Shown here: positions 54,257-64,000 of the stretch, piece after piece | Layout of the letters: each line of letters opens with the position of its first letter | Numbering within the stretch: the first letter of the stretch is position 1 | Source of the DNA: Erysipelotrichales bacterium | GTDB taxonomy: Bacteria; Bacillota_I; Bacilli_A; RF39; UBA660 | Assembly (NCBI GenBank): GCA_022508565.1 | Contig: JAFLUY010000008.1 | Location: 9,325 to 73,324, forward strand | Direction: 5' to 3' | DNA length: 64,000 nt | Made by a program: the position numbers and the translations under genes | The notes under the pieces: generated by a model | The model's input: only the letters and a program-made list of their open reading frames with translations | What the model was told of the DNA's origin: nothing | Database searches by the model: none

Positions 54257-54994
54257 ATGAATAATTTGAATAAATTTAGCGCGATCACTAAAGAAGTTCT
54301 AAAATATTATGTTTATGTTTTAATAGATCCTAGAGACAATTATATCTTTTATGTGGGAGAAGGATATGGAGACAGAGTATTCGATCATGAAAAAGAAGTA
54401 GAAAATAATTATTGTCCAGAAAAAGAAAAACATAGAAGGATTAAAGAAATTCAAGATGCTGGATTAAAAATTATAAAAATGATTGGCCCTTCTAATTTAA
54501 GAGATCAAAAAGAAGCACAAAATGTAGAAACCGGAATCTTATGGATTTTAAAATTACAAGGACATAAATTGACGAATATTCAATCAGGACATCATGAAAA
54601 TTATTTTAAATTTAAGACAGTTGAAGAAATCGAATATCAGTTAGCGACAAATTTCATGGAACAAGATAAAAATGATAAAATTATTTATGTAAATGTATCT
54701 CGTTCATTAGATTTAAATAAAACCTACACAGAAGACGAATATAAAGAGTTATTTTTAGGAGATTGGATAATTGACAAATATAATTTAGAAAAGGCAAATA
54801 AACTATGCGTTTGCTATAATGGAATTATTAGAAAAGTATATTCAATAGATTCATATATTCCAGTTAGCAAAACAGGCGCAGGAGCTACTAAATGGAAAAT
54901 AAAAGGAGAACCTATTGATGATTCTCCTTATTTATATAAACGACATAATTTTAGTTTTCGGTATTGTAGTACTGGAGTCAGATTTTTTGAATGA
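54257..54994 (+). mobile_element. free-standing GIY-YIG homing-endonuclease-like gene
   Basis: YVYVLIDPRDNYIFYVGEGYGDRVFDH is a GIY-x10-YIG core with the downstream Arg. The stop lies 2 nt from the stop of the convergent structural gene. Confidence 0.65.
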
Positions 54995-54996
54995 TT

Positions 54997-57900
54997 TCAT
55001 TCAATGCAAAATCTGGCTTTTGCAAATTGTTGATGCTGTACATCTCCATCAAAACTATATCTAACATCAATATCATAATATCCTCTAACATATTTTTGGT
55101 TATCTGATCCAATCGAGAATATACAAGTATTTGCTGTTGATGTAGATTGGCACTTTTCTTTATTTATTCCAAGTGACATAGGAGTGATATTCCATTTTGC
55201 TCCTTGATCAATAATGAAGGGGTATTTGACATTATTTACGGTAGCTACCGCTAAACTATTATTCGGAAATATATTTCTACCATTAGAACTTTCAAAATAC
55301 ATTCGATTTATTAAAAAATTATTTCCAGAACGGTAATGTTTAAATGTAAATTCGTATCCTTCAGGAGAAATATATTCTAATTCTTTTACCGGATCTAAAT
55401 CTGAATTGTTACCTAAAGAAATAGGCATTTTAGAAATAAAGACAACATACCACCTTTCTTCATCATGCATCAAATAAAAATCATAATCGAAATATGATTC
55501 AGTAGGCCATTTAAAATATTGCTCTCCTTCCTCGTTGAAGAATATTTTATATAAATTATATAGATATTCTTTATATCCATTTTCTTTATTGTAATTTATA
55601 TCCCAATCATCTACTGATAAATGATAATTACCATATTTATCTTTATTATATTTTAATGGTAAATCATAATTATCATTATCAAAAAGATTTTCAATATTAT
55701 CTCCATCTTTTATATTATAAAAAATATCATAAATATGAATACGATTCAAAAATTCATTTTCATTATTAATATTTATTTTTGAAATTCCTTTATTTATCAA
55801 ATTGTTAATTGAAGATTCGATTAAGTCTTTTTGGATAGTATCTAAATCTAAAGGTTTATAATATATATGATCTTCTTCATTATAATCTTTTTTGACTTCT
55901 GGATTATTCTTAATAATAGTTTTGAAACAACATAGATCTTCTCTTCCTGCTTTTACTAACCAACAATCTGTATGAGTACAAGCGTTCCCTCTAGCTAATT
56001 TAAGATATATATTATTAGCAGATTTTTTATATATATTTTTATCATCTACAAACTTAAGTTCCCAAGAAATATTTAAATTTAATGCCGAAATTCCTGTTCT
56101 TAATATACACTTATTGATTATAAATGGAAGTTCTTCATCGATATTATCTGTCTGATATTCTTGTTTTAATGTTTTGTAAGTACCCTTTTCTGTAAATGCA
56201 CTATTCCAATCAGATAATTTAAATTTAATTCCTTCGACGACTCCATAAGGTAAACCTTCATGTTTTAATAATTCATCATTATATATTTTATCTTTTACTA
56301 AATCAATTGTTTTAGAAACGAAAGGTATATCAGATACATAACCTATTTCTATATTTAATTTTAAATTTTCGATTTGGTAATTAGTATCTATAAGTTTTTG
56401 ATTATTGTCTCTACTAAAATCATTAAAATAAAATGTTGGAATAATAGAATCTTTTTCATCATAAAATTTTTCTGGATCGAATTCAATTCCATTATTTGTT
56501 ATATCAGTTATTTTGATATTAGAAACATACTTATTTATAATATCTTTTTTCGTAAGAATTCCAACTTGTTTATTTGAGGGTATATCTGTACTTTGTCCAA
56601 ATTTAGTACCAGTAATATCATAAATTAAATTAGTTACTTTATCATAAAAATTAATATCATTTACTTCAACTAATGAAGGCACATACATAAATGCATTAAA
56701 ATCTACTTCTCCATCTTTTATAGTATTTACTTGTTTATGTAGACAAACTTCTCCAGAAATTTTATATCGATTATCTATTTTTGGGATATCTTCACCGTAT
56801 TGTTCATGATCAAATTCATATCCCCATTTTTCTCGATATTCATCGTTTTTGTCATCTTTTAAATCATATAAAGTAGCCTTATCAGATACATAATATTTAT
56901 AAACTAATCTGCCCAATTCTAATTGTAATTCCGGCACTTTAATATTGAATTTATGATAATGCCATTTATTATTTATACATAAAGCTAAAGTATAGTTGCT
57001 ATCTAACCAATATATTTCTTTACCGTCATTTAATTCCTTATTTATAAATTTAGGAATAACAATTAAAGAATCGTATCTTATTTTATCTGTTTGGAATATT
57101 TGGAAATTACTTTCAAAAACTTTATTATCATCTTTTAATAAAATAAAATTACAATTATAAAAACCATTACCATGTATATTTATAGGAATCCTAACACAAG
57201 GTTCGTTAATATATAATATAATATCATCTATAGTATCTGATATAGATTCATAATATGAAATTATATTATCAGTTCCTTCATTATTAACGATTTTAATAAT
57301 ATTATTGAAGTTAGTATCTGTATGAAATTTTTGATTATAAATATAATAATTTTTTAAGCCATAGAAATCAACATTACCAGATCCTACATCAATTAACGGA
57401 TCTTGTTCATGAATTGAAGGGACATTCAAAAATTTAATATCATTAGCCCAAACTCTATGCGCTATACTAGTACTATGAATATGTAGATGAATAGGTAAAA
57501 AATATTTTTTAAAATAGTAATCTAACATTGCTAATTTAAGGCCTAATTCATCAAAACAATAATCATAATATGATCGATAAAAATCTATATCTCCTTCATT
57601 ATATCTTTTTATAATTGTTTTTGCAAATAAATTTTCAAATTTAGGTTTTCCTTCACCCCAAAAAGTAGCATCTAAATGATAATTTTGTTTATTGATCTCT
57701 TCAATTTCAGAATTTTCCCAAAGTCTTAAATTAATATATGTTGAAGACCTAAAACTCTTATAAGCATGTAATAAATCTGTATTTATAGTAAAATCATCTA
57801 AAAAGAATTGTTCTTGGAATTGGTTATCTGTTTGTAATAATTTTTGTATTTCTATACGATCTCCATATCCAAACCATTTTAATGAATCTAATACTGAATT

Positions 57901-58572
57901 GAAATTACCAATTTGTCCTTTTAAATGCATATAAGATACTAGATATTCTCTAATCTTATTGGCATATAAAGCCTCATCAGGAATTTCATTATAATAAGAG
58001 CTTTGATATATTGCTCCTAAAATTTCTTTAGGAAGAGAAACTCCCATATTTTGTCCATTAATTATTAAAATTTCATTTTCTTCGTAAAAAACTCCTCCGA
58101 CAGATATAGGACAATATCTAACATCTTCAGACTCATATTCGACTCTTATCAATATATTTGTGATTACTGAGCCTTCTATAGGAGATGAAACAATAACATA
58201 AAATGGAATCAAGACTTTATTTTCTAATGGTACTGCTATTAAATCTTGTTCTGTAAGTTCTTGATCGAATGAATTTTCGTTAATTCTAATATAATCATTT
58301 AAACTATCTAATTCATTAACTAATTGGTGGATTTCTTTAGGAGATAATAAGTAATAAAAATCAGAATTTTCAATTGAAATCGTAATACTTTTAATATCTT
58401 TATCAGCTATAAAACGTATTGGACGAATATAATAATTATTTATTGATAATCTATTTGTATATTCATCTTCTAACCAAAATATATAAGGATTTATTTCATA
58501 ATCATATCCAATAGGATTTTCAATATAAGATTTTATTGAAAAAATATGTCCTGTACTATCTATAAATTCCAT
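54997..58572 (-). CDS. large virion structural protein (function unrecognised); start corrected
   Basis: 1191 aa counted from MEFIDSTGHIF. The ORF-track start at 58638 lies inside the upstream gene's terminator hairpin. Confidence 0.65.
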   Translation of the reverse strand: MEFIDSTGHIFSIKSYIENPIGYDYEINPYIFWLEDEYTNRLSINNYYIRPIRFIADKDIKSITISIENSDFYYLLSPKEIHQLVNELDSLNDYIRINENSFDQELTEQDLIAVPLENKVLIPFYVIVSSPIEGSVITNILIRVEYESEDVRYCPISVGGVFYEENEILIINGQNMGVSLPKEILGAIYQSSYYNEIPDEALYANKIREYLVSYMHLKGQIGNFNSVLDSLKWFGYGDRIEIQKLLQTDNQFQEQFFLDDFTINTDLLHAYKSFRSSTYINLRLWENSEIEEINKQNYHLDATFWGEGKPKFENLFAKTIIKRYNEGDIDFYRSYYDYCFDELGLKLAMLDYYFKKYFLPIHLHIHSTSIAHRVWANDIKFLNVPSIHEQDPLIDVGSGNVDFYGLKNYYIYNQKFHTDTNFNNIIKIVNNEGTDNIISYYESISDTIDDIILYINEPCVRIPINIHGNGFYNCNFILLKDDNKVFESNFQIFQTDKIRYDSLIVIPKFINKELNDGKEIYWLDSNYTLALCINNKWHYHKFNIKVPELQLELGRLVYKYYVSDKATLYDLKDDKNDEYREKWGYEFDHEQYGEDIPKIDNRYKISGEVCLHKQVNTIKDGEVDFNAFMYVPSLVEVNDINFYDKVTNLIYDITGTKFGQSTDIPSNKQVGILTKKDIINKYVSNIKITDITNNGIEFDPEKFYDEKDSIIPTFYFNDFSRDNNQKLIDTNYQIENLKLNIEIGYVSDIPFVSKTIDLVKDKIYNDELLKHEGLPYGVVEGIKFKLSDWNSAFTEKGTYKTLKQEYQTDNIDEELPFIINKCILRTGISALNLNISWELKFVDDKNIYKKSANNIYLKLARGNACTHTDCWLVKAGREDLCCFKTIIKNNPEVKKDYNEEDHIYYKPLDLDTIQKDLIESSINNLINKGISKININNENEFLNRIHIYDIFYNIKDGDNIENLFDNDNYDLPLKYNKDKYGNYHLSVDDWDINYNKENGYKEYLYNLYKIFFNEEGEQYFKWPTESYFDYDFYLMHDEERWYVVFISKMPISLGNNSDLDPVKELEYISPEGYEFTFKHYRSGNNFLINRMYFESSNGRNIFPNNSLAVATVNNVKYPFIIDQGAKWNITPMSLGINKEKCQSTSTANTCIFSIGSDNQKYVRGYYDIDVRYSFDGDVQHQQFAKARFCIE

Positions 58573-58597
58573 TAAATTTATATCCGAAATTTTTATA

Positions 58598-58638
58598 TAT
58601 AAAAATAAAAATGGGTACCTTAATATTAAAGCACCCAT
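58598..58638 (-). terminator. rho-independent terminator (minus strand)
   Basis: Minus-strand RNA reads AUGGGUGC-N12-GUACCCAU (58611-58618 / 58631-58638). There is one G-U pair, and it forms only in this orientation. UUUUAUUUUUAU follows. Confidence 0.65.
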
Positions 58639-58660
58639 TAATATTGGTTAGATAAAATAT

Positions 58661-61600
58661 TTATGACGCCGATATATATTTTACATAAGACATATCACTA
58701 TATGTGGTTTTATACCAATCAAGATTTTGTGGATCTACTAGAATTTTGACATTCTCATTAAGTCCTTTAAATCCTGCAAGTGAAGTGCCTGATTTATAAA
58801 GGGAGATTTTTAAACCATTTTTTAAATTTATTATTGTACATTTCGGAAGATTTTCAAAAGAGCTCCATGAAATATCTATTAAAGAAGTACATTTTGATAA
58901 ATCTATTTCTTGTATATTAGGAAGATTACTCATAAAATATTGAGATATTTTAGTTATAGAAGTAAAACGACTAAAATCAAAAGATTCAACTCCTGCATTA
59001 TTTAAGAAATATGCTGGTATTGATAAAATATTAATTTCATTTGGTAATATTATTTTTGTCATATTAGAAGAAGCACAGAAATAAGTACCAATTGATTTTA
59101 TAGATTTAAATACTGATAAATCTATTTCATTAACTTTTGATCCATATAAGAAATAATCTCCAAGATTTATATCTTTATTTTTCGGGTTATCAAAAATTAT
59201 TTTATTAAGTTGATAATTATTAGATGAGTTTGAAGCAAAACAATTATAGGCATATTTTCTTTTCGGTTTTAAATTTATAAAATTATCATCATATTGATCT
59301 TCTGCTTTACCTTCTGATTCGGAAGATATTTTATCATATATCTCTATTGCATCCATATTTCCTAAAATCGATAAAGATAGATTTTTTAAATTTAAACACC
59401 CATTAAAATCTTCGGTGCCGATACCATATCTAGATGTTTTTATTTCACTATTTAAACTTGTACCTATAATATTAATCGATTCAATTTTTTCACAATTCAT
59501 ACATATACCAGTACCTAAAACAATACTGTTTGCTCCTGAAGTAGAAGTATCTAATGATTGTAAGTTATTACATTCACTTAAAAAATAATCTCCAATAATA
59601 ATATTTAAACCTTCCCAATTATCGAAATCAACACTTTCTAAATTTTGCCACCCACTCAAAAATCCTGTACCATAATTAGTAATATTATTTCCAAATTTAC
59701 TAATTGAAATATCTGATATTCCTGAAGTATAAGCCATAAAATAATCTGGAAGAGTATCATTTATAGCATTAGATAAATTAGTAATTATATTTAATATTTC
59801 ATCACTATTTTTAGATAATCCAATATTTTGTATATTGTTTTTAGCCATAAAATATTCTCCAATTTTTCCAATATTTTGTAGACTCTCTATAGAAGAAATT
59901 GATTTTACATCAATTAAGAATTGATTTCCTACGTTAATATTATTTCCTTTTAAAATTTCTGATAAATCTACATCATATTTTACACATTGAGATAAGAATT
60001 GATTTCCTATTTTAGTTATATTATTGAATTCGTCCCATCCAGAAATATTTGTCAACAATCGACAACTACTTAAGAAAGAATCTGGTATTTGTTTTAAATA
60101 AGATATAGGAGCAATATTCAATGATGATATAGAAGTACTAGATAAGAAATTCTTTCCTATAGAAGGTTGAATCTGACCAATTCTATTTAAGAAATCTGTA
60201 TTAATTTCACTTAAATCACATCCAAATAAAAATCCATTTCCTATTTTATTAAGATTTTCTCCTAGTGGAGTCAAATCTATATTTTTAAGTTTTGAAGAAT
60301 TATATAAGAAGAAGTTTGGTATCTCGACCAAATAGTTTAGATGTTCTAAATTTAAATTATCTATTAAAGAATTTCCTAAGAAGTAGTCTCCAAAAATTAC
60401 ATTATTTTTCTCGAATCCTTTAAATAATTCATTAAGATTAATTTCTCCTTTTATTGGACAATTATACATGAAATGAGAACCTATAGTTTTCAATTTTGAT
60501 TCATTTCCTAAATAAGACATCGATTCTAATAATGGATTAGTTAAAATATATGACATTTTAATTTCTCCAATACCATATAAATTAGTTCTTCCTCCTAAGA
60601 AATATTTACCAATAGATTCTACATTATATAATGACGATAAATCAAAATTCTCGCTATTAATTAATTTTTTACAACAATGTAAGAAATAATCTTTAATTAA
60701 AGACAATTTACTAAATCCATTTTCAGGAGTTGATACTTTATTTAAATCAAAATTATATGATAAAAAATAATTTCCAATACTATTTAATTGATTACAAACC
60801 GATAAATCAATAGAATTTATTGAAGTATAAGAAATGAAATAATCTCCTACTGATATTAAAGTTGATGATAATTTAATATCGATATTAGATAAATCATTTT
60901 GCATCGTTATTGTAGTTGGACTATAACCGTTACTTATTATTTCTTTATATGAATCTGTATCATCAGAGCTTATCTTCTTATATCCTGATAAGAAATGATC
61001 TCCGATATATTGTACATTATTGATAAAATTATTAAAGTGTTCGATCGAATTTAAATTTTCACAACGATGTAAGAAATAATTCGGGATATTTGTTATTGAA
61101 CTATTTTCATTAAATATTATAGATTTTATTGAACTATAAGATAAGAACCAATCTCCTACATCATTTAAATTTGTTTCAGAGAAATCGATTGATTGGATTG
61201 AAGTATTAGCAAAACAGAATCCTTTACCGATTGATGATAATTTATTGCATCCTGTTAAATTTATATTTGTTAGATATATACAATTCATACCGAATAAATT
61301 ACCAATACTCTCTAAAGCGCTACATCCTGATAAATTTATTGATCTAATTCTACTTGACGAAGTTGCTCCATTATAACTACTAATAAATACACTTTCTTTA
61401 GATTCTGTACGGTCTATTTTATCTTTAGTTGTACAATTTATCGAGGTTAAATTACGACAATTTGAAAAATTTAGATTAACTCCCTGTCCATTACTATAAG
61501 AGGTTGATTTTCCAATATAGATAAACATTGTAGGAGTGATTTCTCTTAATGCTTGATTATTTGATAAATCGATGCTATTTAATTTTGAACAAGAATTAAT

Positions 61601-64000
61601 AAAATTAGTAGTTGAAATATTTCCGGACTGGATATTAGATAAAGTTAAATTAGTTAAATCATCACAATTATTTATAAAATTATCTCCAATAGATAAATTA
61701 ATAGAATTAGTAATAGATATTGTTGTTATTTTAGTAGAATTTACAAAATCAGAACCTATTGATGTCAGATTTCCTGAATTAATTTCGATTGTACCATTTA
61801 ATTTTTCACATTTATATAAGAAATTATTTCCTATATTTTTAAGTTTTGTATTATTACAAGTGATTGTTCCAGATAATTGACTACAATTATTTAAGAAATT
61901 ATTTCCGATACTTTCACTATTCTTTAAAAGATTATTAATCCATCCATATCCTGGACTAGTAACTTCTGAACAATTATTTAAAATATTATTAGGTATACTA
62001 TTATTCGATCCTAAATTTAAAGAATTTAAAATAAGATCAGCTGTTTTTAATTTTGTACATCCATTAAATAAATTATTTTTTAATACTAAATGGCTATTAA
62101 GGCCTTCTGATGATTCAACATCTTGATTAACCGATGTTAAATTAGTACATCCGCTACAGAAATCATTTGGTAATTCTGAAAACTGTTTTCCTATATGATT
62201 AATTTTTAAAAGCGTTTGATCATCTTTAAATGAAGGTAATATATTAATATTATCATTAAATTCGGCAATACAATATTTGGCATTATTATTGTATGAATTT
62301 TGTTTAGTTCCTTCAATAGATATAGGAGTATTTGAATCAGTAGTATACCAAATTTCATTGGCTTTAGGAGTTCTTATTGTTTCTTCAGTTTCAACATTTG
62401 ATCCTATTGTTATATCTCCTATGATTTTACTTATTGATCCATAAGAAGAACCGTTCGTTATCATATAACCAGGATTAGGATTAACTATCCATTCAAGAGA
62501 ATCAAAATGATAAATATCTATTTGAGTATCTCCTTTAGCATTGACTGTACCTTTATTATTTCCTTTCGCTCCTGATATATTATAACTAATTGAATAAGTT
62601 TCGTTATTGTCTATTACAACAGTTAAAATATATTTATTTAAATCTGATTCAAAATTGACTACTTGATCTTCTATAAAAGAATTAAAAGAAATCAATTTAG
62701 TTGCTGAAGAATCTGTTCCATCAATATGATAACCCGTTTTGCAATATCCTTCAATTGTTATTTTAGATCCGTATGTAATAGAGATCTTTTCAGTTTTTTC
62801 TGATTTAAAATTGTTAACTGAATCATATCTTCTTGTAGAAGTTCCGGATGTAACATTAACATAATCTATTCCTTCATCAATAGTAATTGTTAAAGAGAGC
62901 TCATTTAAATCAGCTGTGAAATCAATTATTTCATTTTTAGTGATCTTTTCAATTACAATTGTATTATTTCCATTTACTGTATATCCTACTTTCTCTATAG
63001 CAGAAATCTCAATTGAAGCTCCATAAGGAATATCTTCTTTAATATATTGATTATTTGTGAAATCTTTAGCTAATATTCTAACATTTTCTTTTTTGTTTAT
63101 TTGATCAGAATTTATTTTAATATTGACTTCGTCGATTCCTTCATTAATATTTATAGTTAATTGATATTTATTTAATATTGCCTCAATATAAATTTCTTCA
63201 TCTTTTGTAATATTCACAAATTTAAATTCATTATTCTCAAGATGATATCCTTCCTTTAATTTTGGGATTATTGTTACATCAGATCCGTATAAAATACTTT
63301 CAATCTCGATAAAGCCTCTATTAAAATTATCTCGATAAATAAGTGAAGAATCATTAGAATTATTTACTGTGATATACTCTATTCCTTCATTTATATTTAC
63401 TTTTATTTTATATAGAGATAATTCAGGCCGTAAATTAATAGTATATTCTCTATCATCAGGAGAAATTTCTACATTATTTAATCCTGTAATATTCCCATCA
63501 ATACAATAACCTTCTTTAGTTTCCCAATTATATATAAGATTCCAAGGCTTTCCTTCAAGTTCATTATATTTTACTTTAATTTTTTCTGAATTATTAAAAT
63601 TTTGAAGGTTTTCATTTTTATAAATGGTATTATCTTTTGGATCCTTGGCCTCAATAATTAATTTCTTAATTCCTTCGGTAATATCAAAATTTAAAGTAAA
63701 ATATTGATTTGCTGTTATGTAGATAACTTGGTTATCGGATGTGATATATCTTGGAAGGTATTCATCTTCATCTATATAATAACCTTCTTTACAATATACT
63801 TTAAATTTTAATAATTTATTATGTTTTATATTAATCTCAAAATTTTCATAATAAGATATTCCATTTACATCGATATGATCAATATCATTTACATTATTAT
63901 TAAATTGGAATTCTACAGTATATTCCCTAATTAATAAATTAATTTTTATATCTTTATCCTTATCAACTATAAAAGATAAGATACTTTGTAAATTTTGTGT
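58661..64000 (-). CDS. giant receptor-binding-type protein: N-terminal B-repeat-like modules + long BspA-type leucine-rich-repeat (LRR_5-like) region; 5' end outside window
   Basis: Hand translation shows the frame stays open from 63218 to 64000 with no stop, and the same module type continues there (EGIEYITVN..., YGSDVTIIPKLKEGYH). The ORF-track GTG start at 63217 is therefore an edge artefact. The LRR region shows many IGNNFLNNCSQL / IPNYFLHRCENLNSI / IGDYFLSEC units. Confidence 0.75.
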   Translation of the reverse strand, partial: TQNLQSILSFIVDKDKDIKINLLIREYTVEFQFNNNVNDIDHIDVNGISYYENFEINIKHNKLLKFKVYCKEGYYIDEDEYLPRYITSDNQVIYITANQYFTLNFDITEGIKKLIIEAKDPKDNTIYKNENLQNFNNSEKIKVKYNELEGKPWNLIYNWETKEGYCIDGNITGLNNVEISPDDREYTINLRPELSLYKIKVNINEGIEYITVNNSNDSSLIYRDNFNRGFIEIESILYGSDVTIIPKLKEGYHLENNEFKFVNITKDEEIYIEAILNKYQLTININEGIDEVNIKINSDQINKKENVRILAKDFTNNQYIKEDIPYGASIEISAIEKVGYTVNGNNTIVIEKITKNEIIDFTADLNELSLTITIDEGIDYVNVTSGTSTRRYDSVNNFKSEKTEKISITYGSKITIEGYCKTGYHIDGTDSSATKLISFNSFIEDQVVNFESDLNKYILTVVIDNNETYSISYNISGAKGNNKGTVNAKGDTQIDIYHFDSLEWIVNPNPGYMITNGSSYGSISKIIGDITIGSNVETEETIRTPKANEIWYTTDSNTPISIEGTKQNSYNNNAKYCIAEFNDNINILPSFKDDQTLLKINHIGKQFSELPNDFCSGCTNLTSVNQDVESSEGLNSHLVLKNNLFNGCTKLKTADLILNSLNLGSNNSIPNNILNNCSEVTSPGYGWINNLLKNSESIGNNFLNNCSQLSGTITCNNTKLKNIGNNFLYKCEKLNGTIEINSGNLTSIGSDFVNSTKITTISITNSINLSIGDNFINNCDDLTNLTLSNIQSGNISTTNFINSCSKLNSIDLSNNQALREITPTMFIYIGKSTSYSNGQGVNLNFSNCRNLTSINCTTKDKIDRTESKESVFISSYNGATSSSRIRSINLSGCSALESIGNLFGMNCIYLTNINLTGCNKLSSIGKGFCFANTSIQSIDFSETNLNDVGDWFLSYSSIKSIIFNENSSITNIPNYFLHRCENLNSIEHFNNFINNVQYIGDHFLSGYKKISSDDTDSYKEIISNGYSPTTITMQNDLSNIDIKLSSTLISVGDYFISYTSINSIDLSVCNQLNSIGNYFLSYNFDLNKVSTPENGFSKLSLIKDYFLHCCKKLINSENFDLSSLYNVESIGKYFLGGRTNLYGIGEIKMSYILTNPLLESMSYLGNESKLKTIGSHFMYNCPIKGEINLNELFKGFEKNNVIFGDYFLGNSLIDNLNLEHLNYLVEIPNFFLYNSSKLKNIDLTPLGENLNKIGNGFLFGCDLSEINTDFLNRIGQIQPSIGKNFLSSTSISSLNIAPISYLKQIPDSFLSSCRLLTNISGWDEFNNITKIGNQFLSQCVKYDVDLSEILKGNNINVGNQFLIDVKSISSIESLQNIGKIGEYFMAKNNIQNIGLSKNSDEILNIITNLSNAINDTLPDYFMAYTSGISDISISKFGNNITNYGTGFLSGWQNLESVDFDNWEGLNIIIGDYFLSECNNLQSLDTSTSGANSIVLGTGICMNCEKIESINIIGTSLNSEIKTSRYGIGTEDFNGCLNLKNLSLSILGNMDAIEIYDKISSESEGKAEDQYDDNFINLKPKRKYAYNCFASNSSNNYQLNKIIFDNPKNKDINLGDYFLYGSKVNEIDLSVFKSIKSIGTYFCASSNMTKIILPNEINILSIPAYFLNNAGVESFDFSRFTSITKISQYFMSNLPNIQEIDLSKCTSLIDISWSSFENLPKCTIINLKNGLKISLYKSGTSLAGFKGLNENVKILVDPQNLDWYKTTYSDMSYVKYISAS

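Noticed and set aside
58573-58590. T4 late-promoter-like TATAAAT sequence just upstream of the ATG at 58572, and A/T-rich sequences before other structural genes.
   Set aside because: It is too close to the start codon. No consistent TATAAATA was found upstream of the other structural genes (18532, 13517, 11004), and such strings are expected by chance at this base composition.
1-64000. Stop-codon reassignment (as in some large gut phages) and tRNA/rRNA genes.
   Set aside because: TAA, TAG (for example at 1285) and TGA (for example at 342, 24738, 54994) all terminate well-formed genes, and very long ORFs are intact under the standard code. No cloverleaf or T-loop (GTTCRAnnC)-like sequence was seen in the intergenic regions.
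1-64000. Prophage or integrative-element interpretation (integrase, att sites), and classical defence systems (RM, CRISPR-Cas, TA).
   Set aside because: No integrase, recombinase, methyltransferase or cas-like motifs were recognised. The gene content is lytic, T4-like phage throughout.

Overview
This is an AT-rich (by eye under 30% G+C), gene-dense window with short, Shine-Dalgarno-less A/U leaders, hairpin+T-run terminators and the standard genetic code. It reads as part of a large T4-like (myovirus-type) phage genome. The host is probably an anaerobic Bacteroidota, inferred from the anaerobic RNR, a Bacteroidales-style OmpA signal peptide, BspA-type LRRs and the missing SD sites. Recognisable content falls into four groups. 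(1) Virion/baseplate genes on the minus strand: gp25-like, baseplate-J-like, a 1657-aa repeat-domain fibre, a 1191-aa structural protein, and a >1779-aa B-repeat/LRR protein that runs off the window. (2) Replication and nucleotide genes: a gp32-like SSB, nrdD interrupted by a 270-nt ORF-less group I intron, nrdG, a gp1/Tmk-like kinase and an NMNAT. (3) Host-like genes: aroC, aroE, DAHP synthase, chorismate mutase, IF-1, DnaJ, RfbC, an OmpA-family protein and a RimK-type ATP-grasp ligase fused to a RimB-type protease domain. (4) Two free-standing homing-endonuclease-like genes. Three hypotheses stand out. First, at least ten unrelated ORFs begin with MK[ST]LxEFIxE, which matches the T4 internal-protein capsid-targeting/prohead-protease signal and suggests a large injected-protein arsenal that includes enzymes. 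Second, a scattered shikimate gene set ends at prephenate, near a peptidase-U32-like (O2-independent hydroxylase family) gene and a dNMP-kinase-like gene; this could be a prephenate-dependent nucleic-acid hydroxylation or hypermodification module. Third, two Pol-beta nucleotidyltransferases, a ligase-like fusion protein and an NMNAT form one cluster. All family calls were made by eye, without database searches.
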